Positions 1-12,479 of a DNA stretch of 64,000 bases are shown one piece after another (the stretch's first letter is position 1; every line of letters begins with the position of its first letter). The stretch is from Squalus acanthias. Lineage: Eukaryota. A program made the translations under genes and the position numbers. The stretch lies in assembly GCA_030390025.1 (NCBI GenBank), contig CM059431.1, positions 114,826,001-114,890,000 on the forward strand, in the 5' to 3' direction. Below the pieces are notes generated by a model. That model saw nothing but the letters and a program-made list of their open reading frames with translations, ran no database searches and was not told the origin of the DNA.

Positions 1-429
1 ACCCTTTCAACAAAATCCCATTGTTTTAATGGGAAGTTGATGCAAATCACAAATTTGGATCAGAGCGATCATGTCCAACCATCCTCAGTTTCATTAAAAA
101 TAAACACATTAATATGTATACAAATATCAAAATGTCTTTATATTGGTAAATCCACATATGTCAAATCCATACTTTCATAATTACTATATATGGATTAAAA
201 TATTATACCAGTCTGTACTCTTGGACAGTGCATAATTATGCTGCACATTTTTTAATGGAGAACTCCTTCATGGATAACAATCTTAATAGATTTATGTTTT
301 TAAACCATTTTCATTCTGTCAAACATGCATTTTGGTAGTTCAGATGCATTACATGGTAAATCAACATCAAATGATTTGGATTCAAAGTTTTTTATGACCT
401 TGAGCGCTTGCATCATGCATGTCACTAAT

Positions 430-1605
430 AAGGTAGACAAGGGAGTGTCCATCCAGAAGGTGTGCGATAAGGTTCCACGCAGAAGATTATTAGCAAAAAT
501 GAGAGCACACTGAATTGTAGGTAGCCTTTTGACTTGGGTTGGAAATTGGTAGGAGACATAGAGTGAGGCTAAAGGGTATGTACTTAGATTGGCAGAATGT
601 GACAAGTGGTGGTCCCCAGAGATCTGTTCTGGGGCCTCAACTTTTCACCAAAATTATTAATGACTTGGATGACAGAATAGAATGCTGCACATCCAAGTTT
701 GCAGGTGACACTAAATTAGGAGGGGCAGTAGGTAGTTCAGAAGGGAGCAGGAAGTTGCAAAGGGGCATAGACAGATTAAGTGAGTGGGCAAAACTATGGC
801 AGATGGAATTCAATGTGGGCAAGTGTGAGGTCGTCCACTTTGGACCAGAAAGATAAATTGGAGTATTTTCTAAATCGTGAGAAGCTGGGTACTGTAGAGG
901 AGCAAAGAAATTTGGGAATTCAAGTACACAAATCATTTAAAGCTTATAGACAGCTACAAAAAGCAATCAAAAAGGCTAATGGAATTTTGGCCATTATCTC
1001 AATAGGGCTGGAATACAAAGGGGAGGAAGTTACGCTGTAGTTGTAGACAGTCTTGATCAGACCCCATCTGGAGTATTGTCTTCAGTTTTGGGCACCACGC
1101 CTCAGGAAGGATATATTGGCCTTGAAAGGGGTACAGCGCAGATTCACCAGAATGATACAGGGGTTTAGAAGGTTAAATTTTGAGGACAGGTTGCATTAAC
1201 TTGGCTTATATTCCCTTGAGTATAGAAGATTGAGTGGTGATCTGATCAAGGTGTTAAATGGATTTGATAGGGTAGATACAGAGAAACTGTTTCCTCTGGT
1301 GGAGGAATCAAGAACAAGAGGATGTAATCTTAAAATTAGAGCTAGGCTGTTCAGGAGTGAAATCAGGAAGCACTTTTTCACTCAAAGGGTAGTGGAAATC
1401 TGAAATTATCTCTCCCAAAAGGTAGTGGATTTTGGGACATTTGGAGCTTTCAAGACTGAGACCGCTAGGTATTTGTTGGGCAAGGGTATCAAGTGATATG
1501 GAGCAAAGGTGGGTAAATGGAGTTGAGGTACACATCAGCCATGATCTAATTGATCGGTGGAGCAGGCTCAAGGGGCTGAATGGCCTACTCCTGTTCCTAT
1601 TACTC
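430..1605 (+). mobile_element. CR1 LINE, 5'-truncated, decayed RT and 3' end
   Basis: Frames give SVLGPQLFT.INDLD...SKFAGDTKLGG...WQMEFNVGKCEVVHFG; typical 3' tail gctgaatggcctactcctgttcctat. Confidence 0.9.
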
Positions 1606-4079
1606 CTCCTCTCCCATGTTGTTTATGCTTCTGATGCTGAATTAGCAATCTTCTATGTTTTGTTTATGCCAATGAAATGCAAATTAGGAGAAGTCTAAAT
1701 ACAGGAATTAAATAAGGTATTTAAAAGGAACAGTTCCTAAGTAAATTAATTGAAATACAAATGATGTAGCAATTCTTAATTTAATTGACACAATACAAAA
1801 TGTGTAGGCTCCTTGGTATATTTCCATACACTTGATTTAAAAATAGCACTGCCATTACACTTGAGATTAAGGTTCAGTGAAGTGTAAATTGCACTTGTAC
1901 CATGTTTAAATGTCATCACTTGGTTTGCTGTTCTGATTCGTCATTTTACTTGGCATCTCTTTATGCTTATGCTTGCAGTGTTGCAACTTCCCCTCTAAAG
2001 TGGCAGTAGTTCAGTGAGAATGCTGATGGTTTTGCCTGAAGTGGAAGAAAGATTTGTTTTTAAGGTTTTTGGTACTTGGGTATTTAGAAGCTGCATTTCA
2101 TAATTATGTTATACATTAAAGGTTTTAGACAGCAAGAGTAGATAAACTTTCTTCCATCAATTCTGGAGTTCTGAATATTTTATCACTTTTGGTTGGACTG
2201 TAGGCGATGAAACAAGTGCCACTCTATTCTGCCTGTCTAAATGATAGCTTTCTTCTGAAATGTTATGAAATCTTTATTCAAGATGGTTTCTGAGTTGGCA
2301 GCTCCTTAATGAGCTCCTCCCCTTTGTAGCTCTATCCAGGGCCATCCATTGCCATCAATCGTGTCTCCTTTTGTATACACATTCTTTCATACACATTTTG
2401 TGTTGTGTTCATTTAATTGAAAATTGCTATATTGTTTGTATTTGGATTAATTTACTTGGGTGTTCCTTTTACATTTTGATTTATCCCATGTAGCTGGGAG
2501 AGTGAAATGTTCCAATGTACTGACGATAGCTCGTGCATTGTATAGTTGGAATAGCAAAGGATGTAAAGGGTGAAAATATTTGAAAACAATTGACTGCAGT
2601 GTATTTAACTTCATAGCTCAACTTCTTGCCAATGGTTGTTGAGGGAGGAATTGGAGGAGATCCAATTAAAATGGGAGAGATGGGCTCTGCCACCAAAGGC
2701 ACATTATTGCACAGCCTTCTACTCTGGCATCATGGAAACATTAGCGCAATTTTCAGTTTAATTCTGCAAAACAAACCCATCTTTAATTTGTTTATCTTCA
2801 GCCTTGGAGGAAGTGGTTTCTGACGTTCACGCTGTCGCCCAGTAAGTCCAGAATATTCTAGAATGAACGCTGCCTCCTAAAGGCCCATTTTAATGAGTCC
2901 TCACCAGCAATGTATAGATTTAAATGTAATGTTGCTCTATGGTACCACTGTTCACATATAATTAATGCATTATTCATATAGTGTGTGATCAGTATTATGC
3001 AATTAAAGATAGTTAAATCTGGTTTTCAAACCCATCATTTGAACCGTAATAACGAGAGGGCAAAGGACAACTAGGCCTGTATCAAAGACACAGAAGAAAA
3101 GTGCAGTATCAAGCTACAATTTTTGCTAGATTATGAGCATTCGTTGGAGTGCTTTGGTTTTCAGTCTTTGCTAGTTTAAAAACATTCTTTGTTGAAATAT
3201 ATTAGTACTGTCTACAGTTTTGCTGGATTAGAAACATCATTAACTATATTAATGTACATTTAACCTTAATAAAGAAATGCTCATAGGCAAATGACGCAAA
3301 TGAGAATAAAAGCAGTATTAAACGGTATACAGTATTGCTATTGTGATAGAAACAGAAGAACTTTTATCTCTGTGCACAGGAAAGAGGTTGTTTTCATATA
3401 AATGTGACCAGCAGTTGTATCTATTTTAAACATTTCAAAAAATGCTCTTGAATTTCAATATAGCTGGCATTTAGTGCTTATACCACTTGCTTTATCTGCC
3501 TGGGGTTTTCAGCTCACAGCTAGTAGGACCAGCTCCATACACTGCAAGAAATCCCCAAAGAAAAGGTTAAGACAAATTCATGCTTGACTCACCATATTCT
3601 GATGATGATTAAGATTTTAACATGCTACAGTTCTGAGTTCAATATTGATGTTGATCAAACCTTCAAATCAAAATGTTCATTACATTAAGTGGTCTTGTAT
3701 GCCGTTTTCTTACCTTTGCTACGTGATAATCAGCTTGTTATTCCATGATTGTACCAAAAGTTAAAAACAATTCCATATCAGAAGAAACTAATAAGGAGCC
3801 TAGACCTCATCAATAACTCCGTCAAGGAGCTGAATTCCTCACTAACGTGCACATTTTCCGTTGAGCTAATGAGATTGGTATACTTTATTTTTGTTATCTC
3901 CTATTTCTTGTTATATTTAATTGCTGTTCTACCATGTGAATCGTCTTGTTTTGATTCTGTATCCCTCAGCACTACTCTGATCTTCCCACCCTATATAAAC
4001 TTTCATTAATAAGATAATGTTTTACACAGATGTTCACTTCTACAGGACTAACTCTGGCATCCTTGTACACATTCTCTAT

Positions 4080-5400
4080 CTGGCGATTAATTCATACAAG
4101 CATATTAATATTGACAGTACTGCAAGGCTCAGTCTCAGTGCAGAAGTTCACTGGTCAACATCTTAGAATTGCTGTGTATCTGTACAATTGTAGCATCAAT
4201 TAGTTATTTTAAGACATTGCAATTTAAATCTCATACTACCCTACTTAACAAGTACTCTCTTACTGTGATCTATACTGTGGATAATTTTAATTAGGTGTTC
4301 TTTTTTCCTAGCCATAAATTGTTTTAATTTAATGTCAGTTTGCAGGGAACCAACCCTGAATTTTGGAATTTCCAATTCTATGTCCTTCTCTACTTTAAGT
4401 TCAATTCCTTTGATAGGTCCCAGTGCATTGAACCCTTGGTCGCTTCATTAATTCTTGTGTGCGAAAAATCGGTTTCTCTATGAAGCATATGTCCAAGCTG
4501 TGAGTAAAAAGTTTAAGTTAGTTAATTTTAAACTACTAAATTATGATGCAGTATGTGTTCTCACTTTCCTGGACCACATTAATTATTTCATGTCATGGTG
4601 TCATGTCAGTCATTGTGACTGAACATGGCAGGGAGCCGTTCTTCATTGAATTTTCATCATGCATTCCGCATACTGGTTGCTTCACGTGCAGCATGTCACA
4701 TCTGCACATATAGCGGTCTCCGAAGATCATACAGCGCGAGCCATTCTTGTCCTTCCGGACTATATATATATTGAAAGATCGGAGGTCTGGAGGTATTTAA
4801 TTAGAATCTACCCCGGCATGGTCCTGATGTTTTGGACTGCAAAACATATTGTTCTCCAGTATAGGCAGGGCTACATCCATCTCCAGGAGAAAGCTGTCAA
4901 TTAAATATTCTTGACTACTCTTTCCTGACCTTTACTAGATTATGTACTGATTCTGGATTGATACCTTTATTGGGTTGTGCCCAGGTGATTTATGTTTTTC
5001 GCAGGTGCACTCTGATGTCTTTTTTTCCCTGACCCCTCGTTTCAGGTTATCGCCAATATTACCGGTGATCACCGAGGGTAATGTTATTGGACCCCAGTGG
5101 GTGGTGCAATTTCCCAGCTTCTACCACATACACTCAGTAGCTTCCTCGTCTCCAATTAAATTGCACGTCCCCAAAATATTACCAAACAATCTTGCCATTT
5201 TATCTCTGACATGAGCCCTGGAGGAATCCTGAGTACGGGTCCCTGGGTCCTGGTGCTCGAACAGTTCTGTTGTGCTCAGTATTTGTAGCCAGTTAACCTC
5301 TTACCTACCAGTAGTTTTTCCTCTCTAAAATACCGAATCCCAAAGCCCTTTAGCTGCAATCTTTAATTCATTTCAGTATAACAGAGGAACCAAAAGCTGT
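4080..5400 (-). pseudogene. Candidate decayed viral-type envelope/fusion glycoprotein gene (ERV env-like)
   Basis: Hand translation of the minus strand across stops and frameshifts gives a cysteine-patterned segment RCMIFGDRYMCRCDMLHVKQPVCG...PCSVTM...NTYCII...DICF, then a charged helix-like stretch, then hydrophobic LRLSLAVLSILICLY. No LTR, gag or pol recognised. Confidence 0.4.
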
Positions 5401-5550
5401 CCTCCTTATCTTATCTATTTTGGCCAACTGGCATGGAATTTTGTTTACGGAGTGACTCATGCCAACGAACTGGAAGCTGATTTCAATGACCGGAAGCTGC
5501 GCAGAAGCGTTCTGCGCATTAATCTGGAAATTTCGATGATGTTTCTGCTT

Positions 5551-5630
5551 GGCCCGCTCCCTGTTCCTGACATTTCAGGCCCGCTCCCTGTTCCTGACAT
5601 TTCAGGCCCGCTCACTGTTCCCGAAATTTC
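5551..5630. repeat. 27-bp minisatellite, about 3 copies
   Basis: ggcccgctccctgttcctgacatttca at 5551-5577 and 5578-5604, with a diverged third unit at 5605-5630. Confidence 0.95.
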
Positions 5631-6404
5631 TCTGTTCGCCAGAAATGCATTAAACTCAAACTGAGCCTCCGAACTTTCTCCAGACGACATGGTGTCCATG
5701 TTATTTTATAAAGTTTCATCCCAATTAAAAAGTAAACAGAACCTATACAAAATAAGCACTTATGATATGACTGTGACAGCCTCTTCACGGAGCAACAAAC
5801 AGTCTCTGCAAATGGCTTCACAGCATATTTTCACTTAACAGTTTAAAAAAAAATCAACCACCAAAAAAACCAGATTGCCCATGCACAACTACTTCCGGTT
5901 CGTTGGCAGCAGTCGCTTTCTTTTTTTTCTGTTAATCTTACTTCATATATTATAATGTGCAGGAACCACCTCGACTGGACTCTGTTCTTTATAATAAAAT
6001 GTGATTATTCCTTGTCCATAAATGGGAACTCTTCAGGTAAGTCTTTATCCTTCTTGAGTGCTTCAATAGGCTTGATTTACGCAATCAAGTACATATAAAT
6101 TCCGTCAAATAAATTGCAGCTTAAATGGATCTAGGCTACGTATCTTTTTTTTTTACTGTGTGGCAAATTTCCAAACACTGCATTAGTGAAGGCATAAAAG
6201 TTTCCCCATTTGTTGACATTGCTACTTTAAGTGACAGCACCACAGGTACAATGTATAATTATACAAGTAGAAGGGTTCCAAAATTGAGGAACTTGCATCT
6301 TTAGGAAATGCATATCTAATAAAGCAATAGAAACCATTAGTTAATTTACATTATCACTATCAATATCCTTCATGTTTCTGTCAACCTGTGTAGCAATCCT
6401 GTTG

Positions 6405-7232
6405 ATAAGTACATAAGAAATAGGAGCAGGTATAGGCCACTTGGCCCCTCGAGCCTGCTCCGCCATTCAATAAGATCATGGCTGATCTTGGGCTCAAAGC
6501 CACTTCCCTGCCCGCTCCCCATAACCCTTCACTCCCTTATCTTGCAAAAATCTGTCTATCTCCACCTTAAATGTATTTAATGACCCAGCCTCCATAGCTC
6601 TCTGCGGCAGAGAATTCCACAGATTTACGACCCTCTGAGAGAAGAAATTCCTCCTCATCTCAGTTCTAAAAGGGCGACCCTTTATTCTGAAACTATGCCC
6701 CCGAGTTCTAGATTTCCCCACGAGGGGAAACATCCTCTCTGCATCTACATTGTCGAGCCCCCTCAGTATCTTATATGTTTCAATAAGATCACCTCTCATT
6801 CTTCTAAATTCCAATGAGTATAGGCCCAACCTGCTCAACCTTTCCGCATAAGTCAACCCCCTCATCTCTGGAATTAACCTAATGAATCGTCTCTGAACTG
6901 CCTCCAATGCAAGTATATCCTTAAATAAGGAGACCAAAACTGTATGCAGTACTCAAGGTGTGGTCTCACCAATACCCTGTACAGTTGTAACAGGACTTCC
7001 CTGTTTTTATACTCCAACCCCCTTGAAATAAAGGCCAACATTCCATTTGCCTTTTTGATTACTTGCTGTACCTGCATGCTAACTTTTTGTGTTTCATGCA
7101 CAAGGACCCCCAGGTCCCTCTGAACTGTAGCATTTTGTAATCTCTCTCCATTTAAATAATAATTTGCTTTTTTATTTTTCCTGCCAAAGTGGATAACCTC
7201 GCACTTTCCCACATTATACTCCATCTGCCAAA
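6405..7232 (-). mobile_element. CR1 LINE 3' fragment
   Basis: ORFs 6874-7224 and 6494-6937 (MEYNVGKCEVIHFGRKN...VRPHLEYCIQFWSP; RRMRGDLIETYKILRG...FFSQRVVNLWNSLP) plus the CR1 tail. Confidence 0.95.
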
Positions 7233-8049
7233 TGATGAAGATAGAATTTTAGTTTGTTCAACTCCTTTAAAATGAAAAGTAGCATTTCCTCGCCCTATCT
7301 CATGCACACCACAGAATATACATAGAAATGTTTCAGGTTAAATCCCAATTTTTGTTAAATCATTTATTCTTTTGTAGTCAAGAGGGGTTCGATATCCCAT
7401 CAGAATTTCCCTCACTCTGTTAATTTCTTTGTCCGTGTAATGTTATAGCGGTCATTAGGACTAGTGAAGTTAACTGAGGAGGTTCCCAAAATTCCCTCCC
7501 CTTCCTTAAGCGCTGGAATGTGCAAGGTAATCAGCATGGTGGTTGCCAGATTTGTCAGATCCTGGGCTTCTGGAATGTCCATCTACCTCTTCAACCATCA
7601 TAAAATAGATATTGGAACGCAGACACATTCAGTTGGTATATCAGTTGGCTCAAATTGCTGTTGGAGTATCTACCCTCAGACATTTTAAGATCAACGCAAG
7701 GAAAGTAAATGGGTTTCTCAGCAGATGTGCCTATTGTCTGGTATGTCAACTCAATCTCTCAAGATGTTTGCTCGTTGGTGGGTGTCTGAATTATGGGATA
7801 ATTTGGAACATTATCTAGCTGGGATGGGCAATAAGTTAGTCAGTATATTAAATTGCATAGCACTCCATAGTCACTAGTGCAAGATCTACATTAAACTGGT
7901 CCGGAACACATTGTGGACTGTGGTTAAACTATGGAACAACTTCTTTGTTTCACTTGACAACCACCAACTTACACACTGAGAAAACTTAAACATGGAGGCT
8001 GGAGTCTTACCTTTTCTCTAAGACAAATTTTCCAGAGGGTATTTAAAAA

Positions 8050-9995
8050 AATTAATTCTTGGGATATGGCCATCAATGGCAAAGCCAGTATTTATTGCCC
8101 ATCCCTACTTTCCCTTGAGAAGGTGGTGGTGGACCTTATTCTTGAACCGCTGCAGTGCTTGTGGTGAAGGTACTCCTACAATGCTGTTAGGTAGCGAGTT
8201 CAAGATTTTGATGCACCGATGATGAAGGAACAGTGATATAAGTCCAATTTGGGATGCTGTATGACTTGGAGGTGATGGTGTTCCCATGCATCTGCTGCCC
8301 TTGTCCTTCTACGTGGTGGAGGTTGCGGGGTTGTGCGGTGCTGCCAAAGAAGTCCTGATGGCTTGCCTCAGTGCATCTTATAGACTGTACACACAGCAGC
8401 TACGGTGGTGGAGGAAGCAGATGTTTAAGCTGGTGGATGGGGTGCCGAGCAAGCGGACTGCTTTGTTCTGGATGGTGCCGAGTTTCTTGAGTGCTGTTGT
8501 AGCTGCACCCATCCAGGCAAATGGAGAGTATTCCATCACACTTCTGACTTGTTCCTTGTAGGTGCTAGAGAGGCTTTGGGTGGTCAGGAAGTAAGCCACT
8601 CGCCGCACGATACCCAGCCTCTGACTGGCTCTGATGACCACGGCATTTATGTGGCTTGTTAAGTTGAGTTTCTGGTCGCTGGTGACCCGCAGGATGTTAA
8701 TGATGGAGGGCTCGGCGATGGTAATGCCATTGAATGTCAAGTGGAGGTAGTTGGGCCCACTCTTGTTGGAGATGGTCATTGCCTGGCACTTGAGTGGCGT
8801 GAATGTTACTTGCCACTTATCAGCCCAAGCATGCATGCATGTGTTGCTGCTTGCTGGTATGGACTGCTTCATTATCTGAGGAATTGCAAATGGAACTAAG
8901 CACCAGGCAATCATCAGCAAACATCCCCACTTCTGACCTTATGATGGAGGGAAGGTCATTGATGAAGCAGCTAATGATAGTTGTGTCTAAGACACTGCTC
9001 TGAGGAAATCCTGCATAGATGTCCTGGAGCTGATATGATTGGCCTCCAACGACCACAACCATCTTCCTTTGTGCCAGGTACGACTACAGCCACTGAAGAG
9101 TTTTCCCCCTGATTCCCAGTCTTCAGTTTGACTTGGGCTCCTTGATGGTACACATGGTCGAATGCTGCCTTGATGTGAAGGGCAGTCACTTGCATCTCAC
9201 TACTAGAATTTAGCTCTCGTGTCCATGTTTGGACCAAGGCTGTAATGCGGTCTGGAGCTGAGTGGTCCCGGCGAAACCCAAACTGAGCATCAGTGAGCAG
9301 GTTATAGGTGAATAAGTGGTGCTTGATAGCACTGTTGACGAAACCTTCCATCACTTTGCTGATGATTGAAAGTTGGCTGATAGGATGGCAATTGGCTGGT
9401 TTGGGTTTGTTCTGCTTTTTGTGGACAGGACATACCTGAACAGTTTTCCACATTGCCAGGTAGATGTCAGTGTTGTAGCTGTACTTGAACAGTTTGGCTA
9501 GTTCTGGAGCACAGGTCCTCAACACGAAGGCCAGGATGTTGTCGGGGCCCATAACCTTTGCTGTTTTGAGTGCACTCAGCTATTTCTTGATATCACTCGG
9601 ATTGAATCGAATTGGCTGAAAACTGGCATCTGCGATGGTGGGGATCTTGGTGGGGGAGGCCGAGAAGGATCATCCATTCGGCACTTCTGGCTAAAGATGC
9701 TTGCAAGCGCTTCAGTCTTGTCTTTTTTTGTCATGTGCTGGCCTCTGTCACCATTGAGGATGGATGTTCATGGAGCCTCCTCAACCCATTAGTTAATTAA
9801 TTATCCACCACCATTCGCGACGGTGTGGCAGAACTGCAGAGCTTTGACCTGATCCGTTGGTTGTAGGTTTGCTTAGCTCTGTCCTTAGCATGATGCTTCT
9901 GCTGTTTAGCATGCATGTAGTCCTGTGTTGTAGCTTCACCATTGCTGGCACCTCATTTTCTGGCACACCTGGTGCTGGTCCTGGCATGCTCTTCT
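8050..9995 (-). mobile_element. Second non-LTR retrotransposon family (CR1/L2 group), 5'-truncated RT
   Basis: GPDNI...PISQLSIISKVMEG...QFGFRRDHS...IKAAFDHV; FPQSSVLD..FINDLPSIIRSEVGMFADD; 3' tail gggcaataaatactggc. Confidence 0.9.
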
Positions 9996-10834
9996 ACAAA
10001 CATAAGACCATTGCAGAAGGAGTGAGCGTGATTCTGGTAACCCTTTGGAAACTGGAATTACATGAGTACTTTTCAAAATTTGGGACATTTTCATATTTTG
10101 CGAGATGCAGACCATGAAGCAAGGAACAAATTGTGCAGCACAACATTGGTTACAGTTTAATTTGAGTTTCAGAAAAGAACAGAGTGAAACCAAGCAAGCC
10201 AAGCCCAAGAGTTCTCCTATTTCAAAAGTGGGCAAGAAGAAATCCAATGCCCACACAGTTAGTGACCTGCATGCTATTAGTAGAGTTGTATATGTGCTGT
10301 ACTCAAATCTGAAGTATGTCATGTGACATGAATCTGTATGAAGAAAGTCAGCATTTAAAGCACATCAGCTATCTTCACAACAGTGCATTGATTTGTTTTA
10401 AATGTCTGGTGACAACACTGAGATGTCCTTTGATAAAAAGAAATACTGTTTGGACTTAGCTATCTATTGCTCTTTATTTGACATTACTTCCTAGCAGATG
10501 GAGTCTCTTTCTCTCTCCCCCCCCTTGCAGGTGCTCCTGCCCTCTTTATCCTGAGATACCACTTAGTCAGTCTCCCTACATTGCAGTGTTTTTTTCATTC
10601 TTTGAAGAAGGCATCCTCCATGCATTGCATACCCACTTGCTATTCCCATGGGACTTGTGGGGAATGCGCTAAATTATTAACTGCTTCTTTTCCAGGTGTG
10701 TTTGCAGGCAAAATCAAACCGACACGCCAGAGTGGGGTGAGCCCTTTTATATTGAGCAGTTTTAATTTCAGGTGAATATGGTCTGCTTCTGGCCCACTCC
10801 AACAGTTTGTGGAGAATGCAACTTTTAATACAAG

Positions 10835-11453
10835 GGCCTAGAAATTGGGTTGCGACCATTTTTAGGCGCACAGGGGAGGGGGTAACCATGGTTCATGCCC
10901 CCACGTCTGAATGGTGAGACCCAAGGCTCATTAGATATTTGGCATCGGGCCTCATTTCAGTGTTGCCGGTGAAGCGGACACCCAAGTTTAGGCTGCTGCT
11001 TGGATTGGATCCTGGTTCGGGGATCAGAATTGGGGCCCGGACTGGGGATCTGGATGTGGGCCTGGTCCGGGGATCATGGTAGTTGGTGTTGGATCAGTGC
11101 CGGGGATTGCAGGGGTCAGGTCGGGAGCAGAGGGTTAATCGGTATCTGGGGTCGGATCTGGGGCACTCCTGCTCCTGCTGGCTCCACGTTCAGGAATGTT
11201 ACTTACCTTCTTTGTTGCAGGCAATCCCTAAGGATGATTTACCTGAGTGCTACCAACAAAGCAGTCTTACAGAAGGGTGCCTCAAAGAGGTGTTAGGCCC
11301 CTTATGATATGCTTTAGGTGTGGGTAAAGGAATCCTCTTGTTGGTCCTTGCCCAATATAGCAGGCGGTGCACTTCCAGCTGGAATTGTGTGCATGCTTCC
11401 TGCCCGCCATATTGGGGCCTTAGTAGCCCGATGCACGGACCAATTTCTGGGCC
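10835..11453. mobile_element. Non-autonomous DNA transposon (PIF/Harbinger-like MITE)
   Basis: 14-bp TIRs ggcctagaaattgg / ccaatttctgggcc (1 mismatch) and a 3-bp TSD AAG (10832-34, 11454-56). Confidence 0.75.
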
Positions 11454-11571
11454 AAGATGTTTCTTTTTGCTGTGCTCTTGAGTTGAGTGGGCGGGTTGTT
11501 CATGGTCTCTGACGTTGGCAGATACACATTTGCTGTAAATTTTCATTTTTTTTTTTCCTTTGGCATATTTA

Positions 11572-11680
11572 TTTTTTCCTACATTACAACAGTGACTACA
11601 CTTCAAAAAGTACTTCATTGGCTGTAAAGCACTTTGGGACGTCTGGTGGTCATGAAAGGCGCTATATAAATGCAAGCTTT
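11572..11680 (+). mobile_element. 3' fragment of the DeuSINE-type SINE
   Basis: tttcctacattacaacagtgactacacttcaaaaag...aaaggcgctatataaatgcaag matches the 3' end of the copy at 22200-22660. Confidence 0.8.
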
Positions 11681-12293
11681 TTATGCTTTTTCAAAAAAAA
11701 GTGTTTCTGTGTCTTGGTGTAAATGATGCATTGTAAGAAATTGGATGTGTTTCACCATTGTAGAGGTGCATGTTGATGGAAAAATACAGAAGGCATCAAT
11801 CAAGTTTAAAACTTGATGTTGGTTCTCATCAATCTCAAACTTGAGTTCTTTGGTATTTACGATTGGAAAAGTAATCCATTATGGTCCTACTATTGAATAC
11901 GTTTCCAAATGTAACAACTTAATTTCACTAATGATTTAGGAATGATTTCTCACAAAGTGAATCAATTGTTGTCAGATATGTATTAAAAGGGGAGCTTATT
12001 CCCTGTTTAAAGATTAAATTCAGATTCTATTTTTCTTCAAAATGTGGCAGTGGTATTAATGTGTAATATACACTCCTTGAACGGTAAAACAGTTCAAGCG
12101 AATTTTGACACAGCTTAAAAATAAGGAGCTTTTTTTTCTGCTCCACCCTCCCCAGAAGTTGGTGACTAATTGCTATTAAAGGGTTAATTGTAGGACAAAC
12201 AATCAAATATTGTAATTTAAAAATTGGGATTTACTGAAATTGTTGTAATTAATCTCTTGATTAAGTGCTTTTGTTCTTTTTCTATTTTGATAG

Positions 12294-12441
12294 CTGCAAA
12301 ATGAGGATGATTCTCCACAAACATCTGATACGTTACAACCAAGCCTTCCCACAGAGTCTCCTCCGACATTACCACCTGAATCCGACATACCACCACCGCC
12401 TTACAGCAGTGTCACAATGGGAGCAACCGCATCAGCCACAG
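12294..12441 (+). CDS. NDFIP2: NDFIP2 coding exon (orthologous exon 2), contains PY motif 1
   Basis: Acceptor tctattttgatag|CTG and donor ACAG|gtgaga. 148 nt, phase 0 to 1. Translates LQNEDDSPQTSDTLQPSLPTESPPTLPPESDIPPPPYSSVTMGATASAT, matching the NDFIP LxNEED...PPPYSS pattern. Confidence 0.93.
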
Positions 12442-12479
12442 GTGAGAGATTTAGAAAGGTCTTAAATTTTGTTTGAATT

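Noticed and set aside
3975..3995. Polypurine tract (agggtgggaaga on the minus strand) downstream of the env-like region
   Set aside because: Not followed by a TG LTR start and no second LTR was found; insufficient support.
5040..5140. Parvovirus NS1-like HUH motif guess (EAGKLHHPL)
   Set aside because: No helicase Walker motifs nearby; surrounding frames fit a glycoprotein-like pattern better.
5551..5630. CRISPR-like repeats
   Set aside because: Head-to-tail units with no spacers, in vertebrate intron context.
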